A stretch of DNA of 64,000 nt from a virus (taxonomy: Duplodnaviria > Heunggongvirae > Uroviricota > Caudoviricetes): IMG/VR virus record IMGVR_UViG_3300029305_004950, positions 61,430 through 125,429 of that record. One strand, 5' to 3'. The number at the start of each line of letters is the position of its first letter. Within the stretch, counting starts at the first letter, position 1. Below the pieces are notes generated by a model that ran no database searches, was not told the DNA's origin, and saw only the letters and a program-made list of their open reading frames with translations. A program made the translations under genes and the position numbers. Of this stretch, positions 55,901-64,000 are shown piece after piece.

Positions 55901-57081
55901 AGAGGTAAAGAACAACCTGCAACTTTTCTACTATTATCAACTAGAGGAAGAATAATATGATTATTTGCATCATATTTAATATATTCTTCATCTTCCAGTT
56001 CAGTAGTATTAATAAATTCACATTCAACATGCTTTTTTCTATTAATGATTAAATATACATCGTTTTTATTTAAATTATCTTCACTCAGATCTAGAATAAG
56101 TAATTTTCTGTAATTAAAAGGAATAAATCCCCAATTATCTACATTAGAAGTTTCTCTAGTTTCTAGAGCAAATAGAATATCACCTGCATTACAAGTAAAG
56201 TTACCATAAGTACCAGCAACTAATACTTTATAAGCTTCATTTTTCTTTACATTTTCTAAAGGTAAAGATATAATATCTGAGCCAGATCCAATCTTACCAA
56301 TAGTACCTTTAAAAGTTAAAGCATCTACAAAAGGAATATATTCTTTAATAAAAGCTTTAGTATTTAATTGGAAGTATTGCTCATCTTTTTCTAAAGAAGA
56401 TTTCTTAAAAATAAGTAAATTTTCTAAAACAGCAATATCTTCATCTTCATCTAAAATTTCACCATATCTACCAACATCTTGTTTCTTAATCGTATAAGTT
56501 TTAGTATTAACATTATCAATACTTATAGTAGTATAGAAAGAATTACATCTAGGTTCTTTACGAATTACTACACTGATAATATCTCCAACATTTACTTTGT
56601 TTTCATCAATCAAGAAACGTCTACCACCAGTTTTAAAGTTATAAACTTTATCACTAGGCATTTCAATATAGTTTTTCTTAGATAATTTTATACCATTTAC
56701 AAAAACATCAGAGTAGAAATCATAGTTATCTGATGCTAAAGAACTATCGGTACAAACAATTAGAATTTTATCGCCATTACCAAAGTTTAGGTAAACAGAG
56801 TCATTATTGAAAATATTTTTATAGAGTAATTTTTGTTTAGTTTCAACACTATCAATATAAACATCGGTTTGATAAACAATGTTTGAAGAAGCTTTTAAGT
56901 ATCTTCTTATATAGTCAGGATCTTCTTTAATGATCTTATCAAAAGTTTCTTTTAGTTCTTTTCTAGTAGCGTAGGGGGTAATTTGTTTTTTTAAAGCATC
57001 TATAGTAGAGATACTAGTATCTCTATTTTTCATTGCCTCCATAACAATGGAATCAAAAGTAACTGACATTCGTTTCAACAC
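52912..57081 (-). CDS. large virion protein with Ig-like modules
   Basis: 1389 aa; VFVNG/VYVDG modules; DTVNVGKQYVTATF and V.AHYENG Ig-like strands. Confidence 0.6.
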   Translation of the reverse strand: MLKRMSVTFDSIVMEAMKNRDTSISTIDALKKQITPYATRKELKETFDKIIKEDPDYIRRYLKASSNIVYQTDVYIDSVETKQKLLYKNIFNNDSVYLNFGNGDKILIVCTDSSLASDNYDFYSDVFVNGIKLSKKNYIEMPSDKVYNFKTGGRRFLIDENKVNVGDIISVVIRKEPRCNSFYTTISIDNVNTKTYTIKKQDVGRYGEILDEDEDIAVLENLLIFKKSSLEKDEQYFQLNTKAFIKEYIPFVDALTFKGTIGKIGSGSDIISLPLENVKKNEAYKVLVAGTYGNFTCNAGDILFALETRETSNVDNWGFIPFNYRKLLILDLSEDNLNKNDVYLIINRKKHVECEFINTTELEDEEYIKYDANNHIILPLVDNSRKVAGCSLPLPVKSINDVEVYVDGYRLINNVDYIFVNDEDRNQYIQFIGILKPNSKVVFRNKNIDDTYNFYCKHNLDKITDYVAFNQEFQNLINIERIPNNTDLVILDTIKCVLYKDEYEEHRYRNNRDMFERFYRVIKNTDIAIAAIEKILESNPEIGKYEEIVVDEVDSILIDEAFIPNDSFEFVNNDRYLDFSLYVKSLVENNKIIINGIKVFDGVMFTKYTDDYSDIIDELVFLEESSVQTNFSYGIIDLDEYSVPICEDYIEVYLGRVRVPVCNKRSIINRYLKIDDQHITLKDAEIYSEINWSDYAKAIINMTRYPNEVRENIYTQLKNVDENNEIKNSWLKIVKDEKLDTNRKVETTDDIYYGRFKKISISTTNASDQKIKQNIYPIFRVLGYYSDEDYIDITEYCDYTFKNEFGEELPDFDTVNVGKQYVTATFNQGENGNLISDSITMEVVAIEVESIRIVSNTNIFTLNDNIFNSIRVIAHYENGNERILTEEEYTRTLTNFDGSIKYDEGIVDSEGSYIISAIYCDHIYDTKSILVSPVSSKRIKKLDVIPNSYLVDGEIITNLDIYATYNNNQIQKVTTDTVDVYVFRDDILDKESSRADYITGLVLDKEYILRLYVFNDDTKTGDPIETLTEDYTDVTIKLLNNNVKNNHQIIYYDNLTATLDENFINKYKDDDNFFYYSIKNLDGVYMSIGQAELTNAEGVMTIGVLNKNEVVAVDFYNKETKEFVQQLLFVVMDVNDIRIAAKGIFTGNIMDGYTIAINKLALNEEYSKIDFTNAALKDINGNTIVKYNTQLVNENNNYTKNSMAQYIYVCFKNFKTSTGNVQTINKYIEKSIRNGKISLDLFFDIEGINKIIELHVPEGSYTNSEFDYFKYEMLDISRVYIDDITYEDENWLIIEPIIPENEIIESVVELRPEASYKTDISASGNDIEFQLKKRESNFETTLDILRCGLNRYCYRSESNNIYVIDVDIVKVDNTAVINTINNNEIEIDN

Positions 57082-57098
57082 CTTCCTTGCTCAATTTT

Positions 57099-58061
57099 TT
57101 AACTACGACTTAATACACGAGTAATTTCAGTGTATAAATCTAGAGCATCTTTGTTAATTGTACTATCAACTAACTGATCTCTATATCCTCTAATGTTAAA
57201 GATACAAGAAGTTATAATAACTTCTAATAGTCTTTGATAATTTTCTATAACAAATATAGAATCTTCACCATAAAGATTCATGAACTCATTTAAGAATACT
57301 CTTAGATTTAGCTTATTTAATACGTCAAAGTATTCAGATAATGCTTTAAAGAAAGTTTCTAATGATTCATAATTCTCTTTAGGGAAATCTAAATCTGTAC
57401 TAAGCATTAGTTTCTTAGGACTATTACCAGAAGTGCAAGCATAAGCAATATCGTTAGTTGCATCATTTTCTGGTTGTTCTAATACATAAAGTAGGAAGAA
57501 CTTAGCTAATAGATAACTAATACGGTCTGACTTCTCAGGCATTAGATTGATTGCATATAGTTTATCTAATACTTTTCTCATTAGCTTTACATAGCATTCA
57601 GCAGAAAGTTTTTTAATCTTACCATTCATAGTAAATTTTCTTTCTGTTTTTTGTAACTCTCTAGAGATATAAGCACATTCTAGATAACCATATAGTTTTT
57701 TATTATCTATTCTAACTTCACCTTGTTTGCTTTTAGTAGCACCTATAGACTCTAGATTTACTACAGCAGTTATGTCATCCTTAAGAACTCTATTCTTTAT
57801 AAGAAATATTGGAACTAATCTGGTTAGTTTTACATGATCTGAAAAAACAGTTGTTATTTCTTTATTTTCATAAGAATTGATAACTTGTTGCTTTAAGGTA
57901 AATGAAAAACGTCTTTTAATGATATCGATTTCATTTTTAAAATATTCAGCATCTACTAGATCTTTTTCCCAATCTATTTTCTTTACATTTTCTCTAAAGT
58001 TTTTACCTACTTTTTCATCTTTTCTAAATAGGTAAGTATCACTTAATCCTTTCAAGCACAA
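57099..58061 (-). CDS. conserved-looking late protein of unknown function
   Basis: first gene after late promoter 58095. Confidence 0.7.
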   Translation of the reverse strand: MCLKGLSDTYLFRKDEKVGKNFRENVKKIDWEKDLVDAEYFKNEIDIIKRRFSFTLKQQVINSYENKEITTVFSDHVKLTRLVPIFLIKNRVLKDDITAVVNLESIGATKSKQGEVRIDNKKLYGYLECAYISRELQKTERKFTMNGKIKKLSAECYVKLMRKVLDKLYAINLMPEKSDRISYLLAKFFLLYVLEQPENDATNDIAYACTSGNSPKKLMLSTDLDFPKENYESLETFFKALSEYFDVLNKLNLRVFLNEFMNLYGEDSIFVIENYQRLLEVIITSCIFNIRGYRDQLVDSTINKDALDLYTEITRVLSRS

Positions 58062-58094
58062 ACACCTACTTTCTTTCTTTTTTCATCATAGATT

Positions 58095-58106
58095 TATTAG
58101 TTTGTT
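58095..58106 (-). promoter_or_regulatory. late promoter motif AACA-AACTAA-TA
   Basis: heads the 58061-48518 structural operon. Confidence 0.65.
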
Positions 58107-58145
58107 TCAAGTAGATTAACTTGTTATTTTAAAAAGATTTACAAC

Positions 58146-58157
58146 TATATATCATAA
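58146..58157 (+). promoter_or_regulatory. early promoter-like motif TATATATCATAA
   Basis: heads the sbcD operon, divergent from late promoter. Confidence 0.5.
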
Positions 58158-58194
58158 AGGTATAGAAAAACTAAAGAAAGGAAATCTGATACAA

Positions 58195-58467
58195 ATGAGT
58201 AATTTTGTTGAACTTAAACAAGGTTTAGAAGGAAAATCTGAAGGACTTATAAATCTTAATAGAGTATCATATATCACTATTGACATTGATAATTATAACT
58301 ACATTACTGGTGAATATTCAGATGATCCAATATATTTTATAGTTTTTGTAATGGATGATAAGGATGAACATAGAAGACAATGTAGTTCACTATTAGAAGC
58401 ACAAATGATCTATGCAAAACTAAGAAAATATCTTTGTAAAAATGAGGAGCTGAATGAAATACTATGA
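58195..58467 (+). CDS. small hypothetical protein, paralog of next ORF
   Basis: LINL..V..I ... Y.IV ... C.S..E. Confidence 0.7.
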   Translation: MSNFVELKQGLEGKSEGLINLNRVSYITIDIDNYNYITGEYSDDPIYFIVFVMDDKDEHRRQCSSLLEAQMIYAKLRKYLCKNEELNEIL

Positions 58468-58679
58468 GTAAATGGATGAAACTTGACGGATGTTTGTTTA
58501 ATTTAGATTATGTTATGAAGATCTATATGTTAAACGAAGTTAATAATAGAGGAAAAGATAAATACTATATAGTAATCGTCCAAAGTGAAGATTATGGAGA
58601 ATATAGAATTCCTTGTGTTAGTAGAACTGAAATGGAAGATACATTCAGTATGATTGAAAGAAAAGTTATGGAGGAATAA
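58464..58679 (+). CDS. small hypothetical protein
   Basis: similar layout to 58195 ORF. Confidence 0.7.
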   Translation: MSKWMKLDGCLFNLDYVMKIYMLNEVNNRGKDKYYIVIVQSEDYGEYRIPCVSRTEMEDTFSMIERKVMEE

Positions 58680-58682
58680 CAT

Positions 58683-59783
58683 ATGAAAGAATTAATTAAG
58701 ATAGCACATATAGCAGATGTACATTGGGGAAGCATTAATCCTAAGAAACTTTATAATGATTTAAAAACAGAATTCATTGACAAAATCAAAGCTATGGATG
58801 ATCTAGACATGATTATGATTCTAGGTGATTATTTCGACAAAAAGATTCCTCTAACAGATCAATCTAGTATTCTGGGTATCAAATTTCTGAATCAACTTTG
58901 TAGTTATGCTAAAAAAAGAAATATTGAAATCCGCTTAATTCGTGGTACTAAAACACATGATTTCAACCAATTAGATAACTTCAAATCATTAGAAACTAAC
59001 TTTTCTAATTTCAGAATCATTAATACTGTTTCTGAAGAAGTATTTAATGGTCTCAAATTTTTGTATGTTCCTGAAGAGTATATGAATGATCAGGAAGAAT
59101 ACTATAGAGAGTTTAAGAATAATAGTTATGACTGCATGTATGGACATGGTACTTGGGATGTTTTTGCTTTTCAGAATCAGATTTCAGAATCAGAAAGAAT
59201 GATTAAGGGTTCTCCTGTTTTCATGTACAATGAATGGGATAATGTAGTAAAGTATGACATTATCTTTGGACATATTCATGTAAGAAATAATCATAAGAAG
59301 CTACAATATCCTGGCTCTTTTGAAAGATGGTGCTATGGAGAAGAAACAAAAAAAGGTTTCTTAATTCAGGAAATTGATTTAAAGAATGAAGTATCTTTCA
59401 TTCAGTTCTTTGAAAATACTAAAGCAACTGAATATACAACAGTTACCTTATCGAATTTAGTAAATGAAAATGAAGATTTAAAAGAAACTATTTCTAAAAT
59501 AGAAAATCTAAAAAAAGATAATAGTAACTTTAGAGTAAAAGTAAGTAAGGATATGTCTTTAGATAATTTAAATATTCTAAAAGAAACTTTTTCTAATGAA
59601 AATTCTATTAGAATCGAATTGCAGTCAGTTAAAGATCAGGTACAAGAAAAAGTTTTACAAGAATATGATTTCTTAGGTAATGATGTTAGTGAAAATATTC
59701 AAGCTTTTATAAAAGAAAAATTTGGTAAGGATATTTCATTAGAAGAAATAAATGAAATTTCTAAAGAAGAGAATGATGATTGA
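58683..59783 (+). CDS. sbcD: SbcD/Mre11-like metallophosphoesterase nuclease
   Basis: IADVHWG, LGDYFD, GTKTHD, GHG, GHIH, YPGSF. Confidence 0.9.
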   Translation: MKELIKIAHIADVHWGSINPKKLYNDLKTEFIDKIKAMDDLDMIMILGDYFDKKIPLTDQSSILGIKFLNQLCSYAKKRNIEIRLIRGTKTHDFNQLDNFKSLETNFSNFRIINTVSEEVFNGLKFLYVPEEYMNDQEEYYREFKNNSYDCMYGHGTWDVFAFQNQISESERMIKGSPVFMYNEWDNVVKYDIIFGHIHVRNNHKKLQYPGSFERWCYGEETKKGFLIQEIDLKNEVSFIQFFENTKATEYTTVTLSNLVNENEDLKETISKIENLKKDNSNFRVKVSKDMSLDNLNILKETFSNENSIRIELQSVKDQVQEKVLQEYDFLGNDVSENIQAFIKEKFGKDISLEEINEISKEENDD

Positions 59784-59793
59784 TTTATAAAAA

Positions 59794-59832
59794 TTTTAGT
59801 TCTAAGTACTAATAAAGTACTTAGAACTAAAA
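59794..59832 (+). terminator. hairpin / terminator
   Basis: 17-bp stem TTTTAGTTCTAAGTACT/AGTACTTAGAACTAAAA. Confidence 0.75.
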
Positions 59833-59994
59833 ATGTCTGTTAAAAACTTAAGGAGGTTAAAATGAATGACAAAGATTTAGATCAAAAAAGAAAATGTTAT
59901 TCTTAATTTAATAAATTGTTTCCAAATTTTTGGAATAAAACTTTATTTAAATAAATCATTATAAAGAATATATGAAAGTGTAGGTGAAATATAC

Positions 59995-60576
59995 TTGGAT
60001 TATTTATATAATATTAAGAAAATAGATGAATTAGAAATAGGTGATATTATATTTATGGAAGTAGATGAAAATAATAGACCTATTTGCGAATATATAATTC
60101 TAGAAAATTTAGATGATGGATATAAATCTACTTTTTGTTTAGAAGAAAAATCTATGAGAAAGTTAGATTTTAATGATATGAAATTTGTATATTTCTTAGG
60201 AAATATGTGTCAAAAATTAAGTATTAAAGAATTAATGAAAAACGTACAAAAACGTTATGTTTGGTTAGGTATTGAATATGATCTTATAAAAGTATTGGTT
60301 AATTTACTTGATGGTAATGTAGAAAAGTATAACTACGAAACTGAAGAATGGGAATACCTTAATGACGAAGTAGAAGATAATGGATATATAATGACATTAA
60401 CTTTTGATAGTGTTAGATTCCGTATCAATCTTACTACTCTAAAAGTTCAAATGGCTAACTCTCATACTTTAAGATTTAGAAATTATAACAATTTCCTTTT
60501 AGGTTTAGAAGGTGATTATGTTTTCAATAGTGAAAATGAGTTAGAATTAATAAAACCTAATGGAGAAACAAAATAA
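59995..60576 (+). CDS. hypothetical protein
   Basis: TAGGTGA RBS, TTG start, 193 aa. Confidence 0.7.
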   Translation: MDYLYNIKKIDELEIGDIIFMEVDENNRPICEYIILENLDDGYKSTFCLEEKSMRKLDFNDMKFVYFLGNMCQKLSIKELMKNVQKRYVWLGIEYDLIKVLVNLLDGNVEKYNYETEEWEYLNDEVEDNGYIMTLTFDSVRFRINLTTLKVQMANSHTLRFRNYNNFLLGLEGDYVFNSENELELIKPNGETK

Positions 60577-60620
60577 AAATTTCTGTAAATCTTAAAGTAT
60601 ATTGGGAGGAGGTTTTAAAT

Positions 60621-62297
60621 TTGGCTAAGAAGAAGGACAATTTAACAATACAGATTCCAATTAATCTCAAGCAATTTGAATTATTTATTGGAACTGCATT
60701 AACATATAATGAATACGTTAATAAACAGTTAATAAGAAAAATTGCTGAATTAGCTACAAATATAGATAAAACCATGTATGAAGATGATATTGAGTTAGCT
60801 TCTAGACTATGGTTTTTAAAGGCTATACTAAAATATCGTATTAAAAATGGATTAAAAACTTCTGATGAACTAATTGAAGCTGTAAGAGTTAGTGGTAAAT
60901 TCGAAGAAGAAATTGATACAATTATAGAATGTATTAATGATAATTGGTATGAAGAAGATAATGGTTTAGATAGAGAAAGTATTTTATATGTAGATGAGTT
61001 AGTATCCGATATCTTACAGTTTAGCTTTATTTTTGAATACCAAGATATTGTCGATGATTTAAGCATTAGATTGCGATCTGGTGATTATGGAGATAGTATT
61101 CATGATTTTTGTGATTCATATAGAACTACTATAACTAATCTCTATACGGCATTTAAAAAGGCAGAAACTATTTCTAAAGAAAGTGAGAATGATTTTAGTA
61201 GTAATGATTCATCTCTAGAAATTGCAGTTGGTCGTTCTTTAAAACAGTTGAATTCTCCTAGTAATAAACTAAAAACTTCTATTCGTATGAAGAATGAAAT
61301 GTTGAATGGAGGTTATGAGTCAGGACGGTTTTATTTGATCCTTGGTTTACAGGGTGGAGGAAAGAGTGTAGAATTAGCACAAATAGCTATGGATTTTAAG
61401 CACTATAATAAAGATCTAGTTCTAGAAGGTGGAAAGAAACCTGTAATTCTTTTTATTACTCAGGAAAATTCTATTAGAGAAACTATTGAAAGATTCTGGA
61501 GTTTCTATATGGGTAATTCTGATGATTTCAAATCTCATTCTCTAGAAGAAGCTATGAAAATTCTAAATGAAAAAGGTTTTTCTAAGGGAACTGAAATGCT
61601 GGTTAAGTACAGAAGTTCTAAGTCTATCTCTACAACTGATGTAGATGCTATGATAGAAGAAATTGAAGAAGATGGAGATAGAAAAGTAATTGCAGTTATT
61701 CATGATTATTTAAAGCGTATTCGCAGTTCTCAATATAGTAAAAATATTGGTAATAACTATGAAGAAATGGGTGCAGTTGCTGATGAATGGACTGTTATTG
61801 CAAAACAACATGATATTGTAGTTGTTAGTGCCATGCAGTTTAATCGAAATGCTCTACAAAAGATTGAAGAAGCTATGAAAAAAGATAAAGCTGATCCATT
61901 GAAAACTTTAGGTACATCTGATATTGGTGAATCTGTAAAGATTCTAGATAATAGTGATGTTATTTATTCTATTCATAGAAAACCTAATCCTCTTAATGGT
62001 GAAATGATGATTAGTTATAAACTAATGAAATATAGAGGTAAACGTTCTGCAGATGCTCCTGAGTATTTCAGTCATCCTTTTGAAGAGAATAATACAATGA
62101 AACTGAAACCTGATTTAAATCTGACTAAGCCTCTATCTGTAGTTGAAATGGGTGATGGAATGAATAATTTCAATCCTAGTGAAAATCGTAAGGCTAGAAA
62201 CGAAAAGAATGGTGGTAAAACACCTTCTGGTGGTCGTATTACTGTTAATAAGAGTAATAGAAAGAACTTAATGGAAGAAGAAGACGAAGAAGAATAA
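60621..62297 (+). CDS. dnaB: DnaB-like replicative helicase
   Basis: Walker A GLQGGGKS, FITQEN, IHDYL, SAMQFNR, ES..I.D.SD; GGAGGAGG RBS. Confidence 0.9.
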   Translation: MAKKKDNLTIQIPINLKQFELFIGTALTYNEYVNKQLIRKIAELATNIDKTMYEDDIELASRLWFLKAILKYRIKNGLKTSDELIEAVRVSGKFEEEIDTIIECINDNWYEEDNGLDRESILYVDELVSDILQFSFIFEYQDIVDDLSIRLRSGDYGDSIHDFCDSYRTTITNLYTAFKKAETISKESENDFSSNDSSLEIAVGRSLKQLNSPSNKLKTSIRMKNEMLNGGYESGRFYLILGLQGGGKSVELAQIAMDFKHYNKDLVLEGGKKPVILFITQENSIRETIERFWSFYMGNSDDFKSHSLEEAMKILNEKGFSKGTEMLVKYRSSKSISTTDVDAMIEEIEEDGDRKVIAVIHDYLKRIRSSQYSKNIGNNYEEMGAVADEWTVIAKQHDIVVVSAMQFNRNALQKIEEAMKKDKADPLKTLGTSDIGESVKILDNSDVIYSIHRKPNPLNGEMMISYKLMKYRGKRSADAPEYFSHPFEENNTMKLKPDLNLTKPLSVVEMGDGMNNFNPSENRKARNEKNGGKTPSGGRITVNKSNRKNLMEEEDEEE

Positions 62298-62300
62298 AAT

Positions 62301-62336
62301 AAAGAGAAAGTAAGATTAGAATATCTTACTTTCTCT
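62301..62336 (+). terminator. hairpin / terminator
   Basis: AGAGAAAGTAAGAT/ATCTTACTTTCTCT. Confidence 0.75.
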
Positions 62337-62367
62337 AAAATCTAGATTTTAGAAAGGAAATGCTAAA

Positions 62368-62745
62368 ATGAGAAGAAATGTCTATCCAGAAACTTTTCTA
62401 GGGAAAATTGTTTATCATGAAAAAGAAAAAACGTATTATCGAATTGATCATTTACCTAAAAGATATAGAAACACATCTGAGACACATAGTGGAGAATATT
62501 TTACAAGAGTAACTAGATTAACTAATAATGAAGATAAGGACTCTTCAGATACCGTGTTACATATTAATCCAAATACTATAGAACATATGAAACTAATGAA
62601 ATCTAAGAAAAATTCTAAACTAGAAATTAAGATTTATAAAGACAATAGTTATTATAATGAAAATCTAGTTGAGCATACTGCATTAACAAAAGATTTTAAT
62701 GAATATATATATGATATTCACTATGGTATTCATAAGAAGGAATAA
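62368..62745 (+). CDS. hypothetical protein
   Basis: AGAAAGG RBS. Confidence 0.7.
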   Translation: MRRNVYPETFLGKIVYHEKEKTYYRIDHLPKRYRNTSETHSGEYFTRVTRLTNNEDKDSSDTVLHINPNTIEHMKLMKSKKNSKLEIKIYKDNSYYNENLVEHTALTKDFNEYIYDIHYGIHKKE

Positions 62746-62751
62746 ATACCT

Positions 62752-63303
62752 ATGGATTTAACAAAAGTTAGTAAATACTTAAGTCTAATTTTACGTCATA
62801 AACCTGAAGTAATTGGAATTACTTTAGATAAACATGGCTGGGCAAATACAAAAGAATTGATTGAAGGAATCAATAAACAACAAGATTTCAATATGAAAAT
62901 GTTAGAAGAAATTGTTAGAAATGATAATAAACAACGTTATTCTTTCAATGAAGATAAGACATTGATTCGTGCTAATCAAGGTCATTCCATTAATGTAGAT
63001 GTAGAATTGGAAGAAAAAGAACCGCCTGAATTTCTTTATCATGGGACAGGTATGAAATATGTAGGTTCTATTAATAGAATTGGATTACTTCCAAAAACTA
63101 GACTTTATGTTCATCTTTCAGAAACTTATGAGATTGCTATAGAAGTAGGTAAACGACATGGTGAACCTAAAGTTTATCAAATTAAAGCTAAAAATATGTA
63201 TAAAGATGGATATAAATTCTATCTATCAAAAAATGGTGTTTGGTTAACAAAAGAAGTTTCTCCGAAGTATTTTAATCATAATATAGATGCTACATTAAAC
63301 TAA
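62752..63303 (+). CDS. kptA: RNA 2'-phosphotransferase (Tpt1/KptA)
   Basis: SKYLSLILRHKP, KQRY, IRANQGHS, LYHGT, RLYVHLS, NGVWL. Confidence 0.95.
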   Translation: MDLTKVSKYLSLILRHKPEVIGITLDKHGWANTKELIEGINKQQDFNMKMLEEIVRNDNKQRYSFNEDKTLIRANQGHSINVDVELEEKEPPEFLYHGTGMKYVGSINRIGLLPKTRLYVHLSETYEIAIEVGKRHGEPKVYQIKAKNMYKDGYKFYLSKNGVWLTKEVSPKYFNHNIDATLN

Positions 63304-63304
63304 C

Positions 63305-63350
63305 AAATTTTGGATATATCTCATTTTAGAGATATATCCAAAATTTTTTT
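63305..63350. terminator. bidirectional terminator
   Basis: 18-bp stem AAATTTTGGATATATCTC/GAGATATATCCAAAATTT. Confidence 0.9.
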
Positions 63351-63828
63351 ATAATAATCTAGTATCTTTAACTCTAACTGGTGTTAAAATATGTTTTTCT
63401 ACAAATTCAGGTTTATCTTTGTTTAGTAACAATTTTCTATTATATGAATTTACTATACGATTTATATGTGATATTTTAGTTGGATCATAAATGTTTATAA
63501 CAGGAGAATTGAATTCAGCAGCAGAAGGTATAGGATTAAACATCATAACTAAATACCAAAAGTCTACGCTACCATAAATTTTTTTAGCTACTATTTCTGG
63601 ATGATAATAATAAGCTTCTGGACAATTAACTTTTATTACAAATTGAGCTAAAAATCCTTTATATCTTTCTAAAATATTATAATCAAATGTATAAAACTCG
63701 TCATTAAAATTTACTTTATGACTAAGATTAGTCAATAGCATTGAATTATTTTCACTTTTTTCTAATGATTTATTTATATTAGCAACACCAGCTGTACTAT
63801 CAAACTTAGAAAGGTTTATTGTCTCCAT
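63349..63828 (-). CDS. baseplate wedge protein (T4 gp53 / LysM-like)
   Basis: YHPEIVAKKIYGSVDFWYLVMMFN. Confidence 0.75.
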   Translation of the reverse strand: METINLSKFDSTAGVANINKSLEKSENNSMLLTNLSHKVNFNDEFYTFDYNILERYKGFLAQFVIKVNCPEAYYYHPEIVAKKIYGSVDFWYLVMMFNPIPSAAEFNSPVINIYDPTKISHINRIVNSYNRKLLLNKDKPEFVEKHILTPVRVKDTRLL

Positions 63829-63863
63829 AAAATTTACACCACACCTTTATAATTTCTACAATT

Positions 63864-64000
63864 TTAATTACATTTACATTCAATATTACTACCACTTTGG
63901 AAATATCCTGTACCACCAACATCTATTGAACCACCAATCGAAGTTGCGCCACTGATATCAACTGAACTATTAAAATTAGCAGATCCATTAACATCAGATG
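63864..64000 (-). CDS. partial CDS, C-terminal beta-repeat of a probable central baseplate spike
   Basis: ...SDVNGSANFNSSVDISGATSIGGSIDVGGTGYFQSGSNIECKCN*; adjacent to gp53-like gene. Confidence 0.55.
   Translation of the reverse strand, partial: SDVNGSANFNSSVDISGATSIGGSIDVGGTGYFQSGSNIECKCN

Noticed and set aside
25156-58061. Phage nucleus shell, tubulin or major capsid gene
   Set aside because: No recognisable motifs in this window; the large ORFs fit baseplate or fibre proteins better
60621-62297. Intein or intron in the DnaB helicase
   Set aside because: The helicase motifs are contiguous at normal spacing, with no splicing motifs
1-64000. Stop-codon reassignment (TAG or TGA recoding)
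   Set aside because: Conserved genes are full length under the standard code, and both TAG and TGA end ORFs at sensible positions
1-64000. tRNA, rRNA or tmRNA genes
   Set aside because: No cloverleaf or T-loop (GTTCGA) context found, and the intergenic gaps are filled by short ORFs, promoters or terminators

Overview
A very AT-rich segment (roughly one quarter G+C by eye, standard genetic code) of a phiKZ/AR9(PBS1)-related jumbo phage. Strong AGGAGG/AGAAAGG ribosome-binding sites and the accessory gene content point to a Firmicutes host, probably Clostridia-like (inference). Core genes: a C-terminal RNA polymerase beta' subunit split by a previously unannotated 212-nt group IA self-splicing intron (4991-5202, minus), DnaB-like helicase, SbcD/Mre11 nuclease, two tandem RNase H genes, guanylate kinase, a small PolB-like palm protein, Tpt1/KptA, baseplate and fibre proteins, a holin and a papain-like protease. 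Late and structural genes are preceded by AACA-N6-T(A/G), the AR9 late-promoter consensus. Accessory operons are preceded by a TATATATT(C/A)T(A/T)A motif with an upstream (C/T)GTA(T/C)TT box. The most unexplained feature is a library of about 25 small proteins in two tandem arrays (174-4507 and 8559-14266) plus outliers. They share a short basic-F[DE][LI]xxG helix and family-specific C-terminal motifs around hypervariable cores. Also notable: TAAAA-N6-TTTTA palindromes at gene junctions (19.7-21.6 kb), genes bracketed by duplicated terminators, and a ~200-aa domain with a 55/58-nt inverted match shared by a baseplate gene and a fibre gene 20 kb apart. No tRNA, rRNA or CRISPR array was seen. 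Protein family calls come from motif recognition only; no database search was run.
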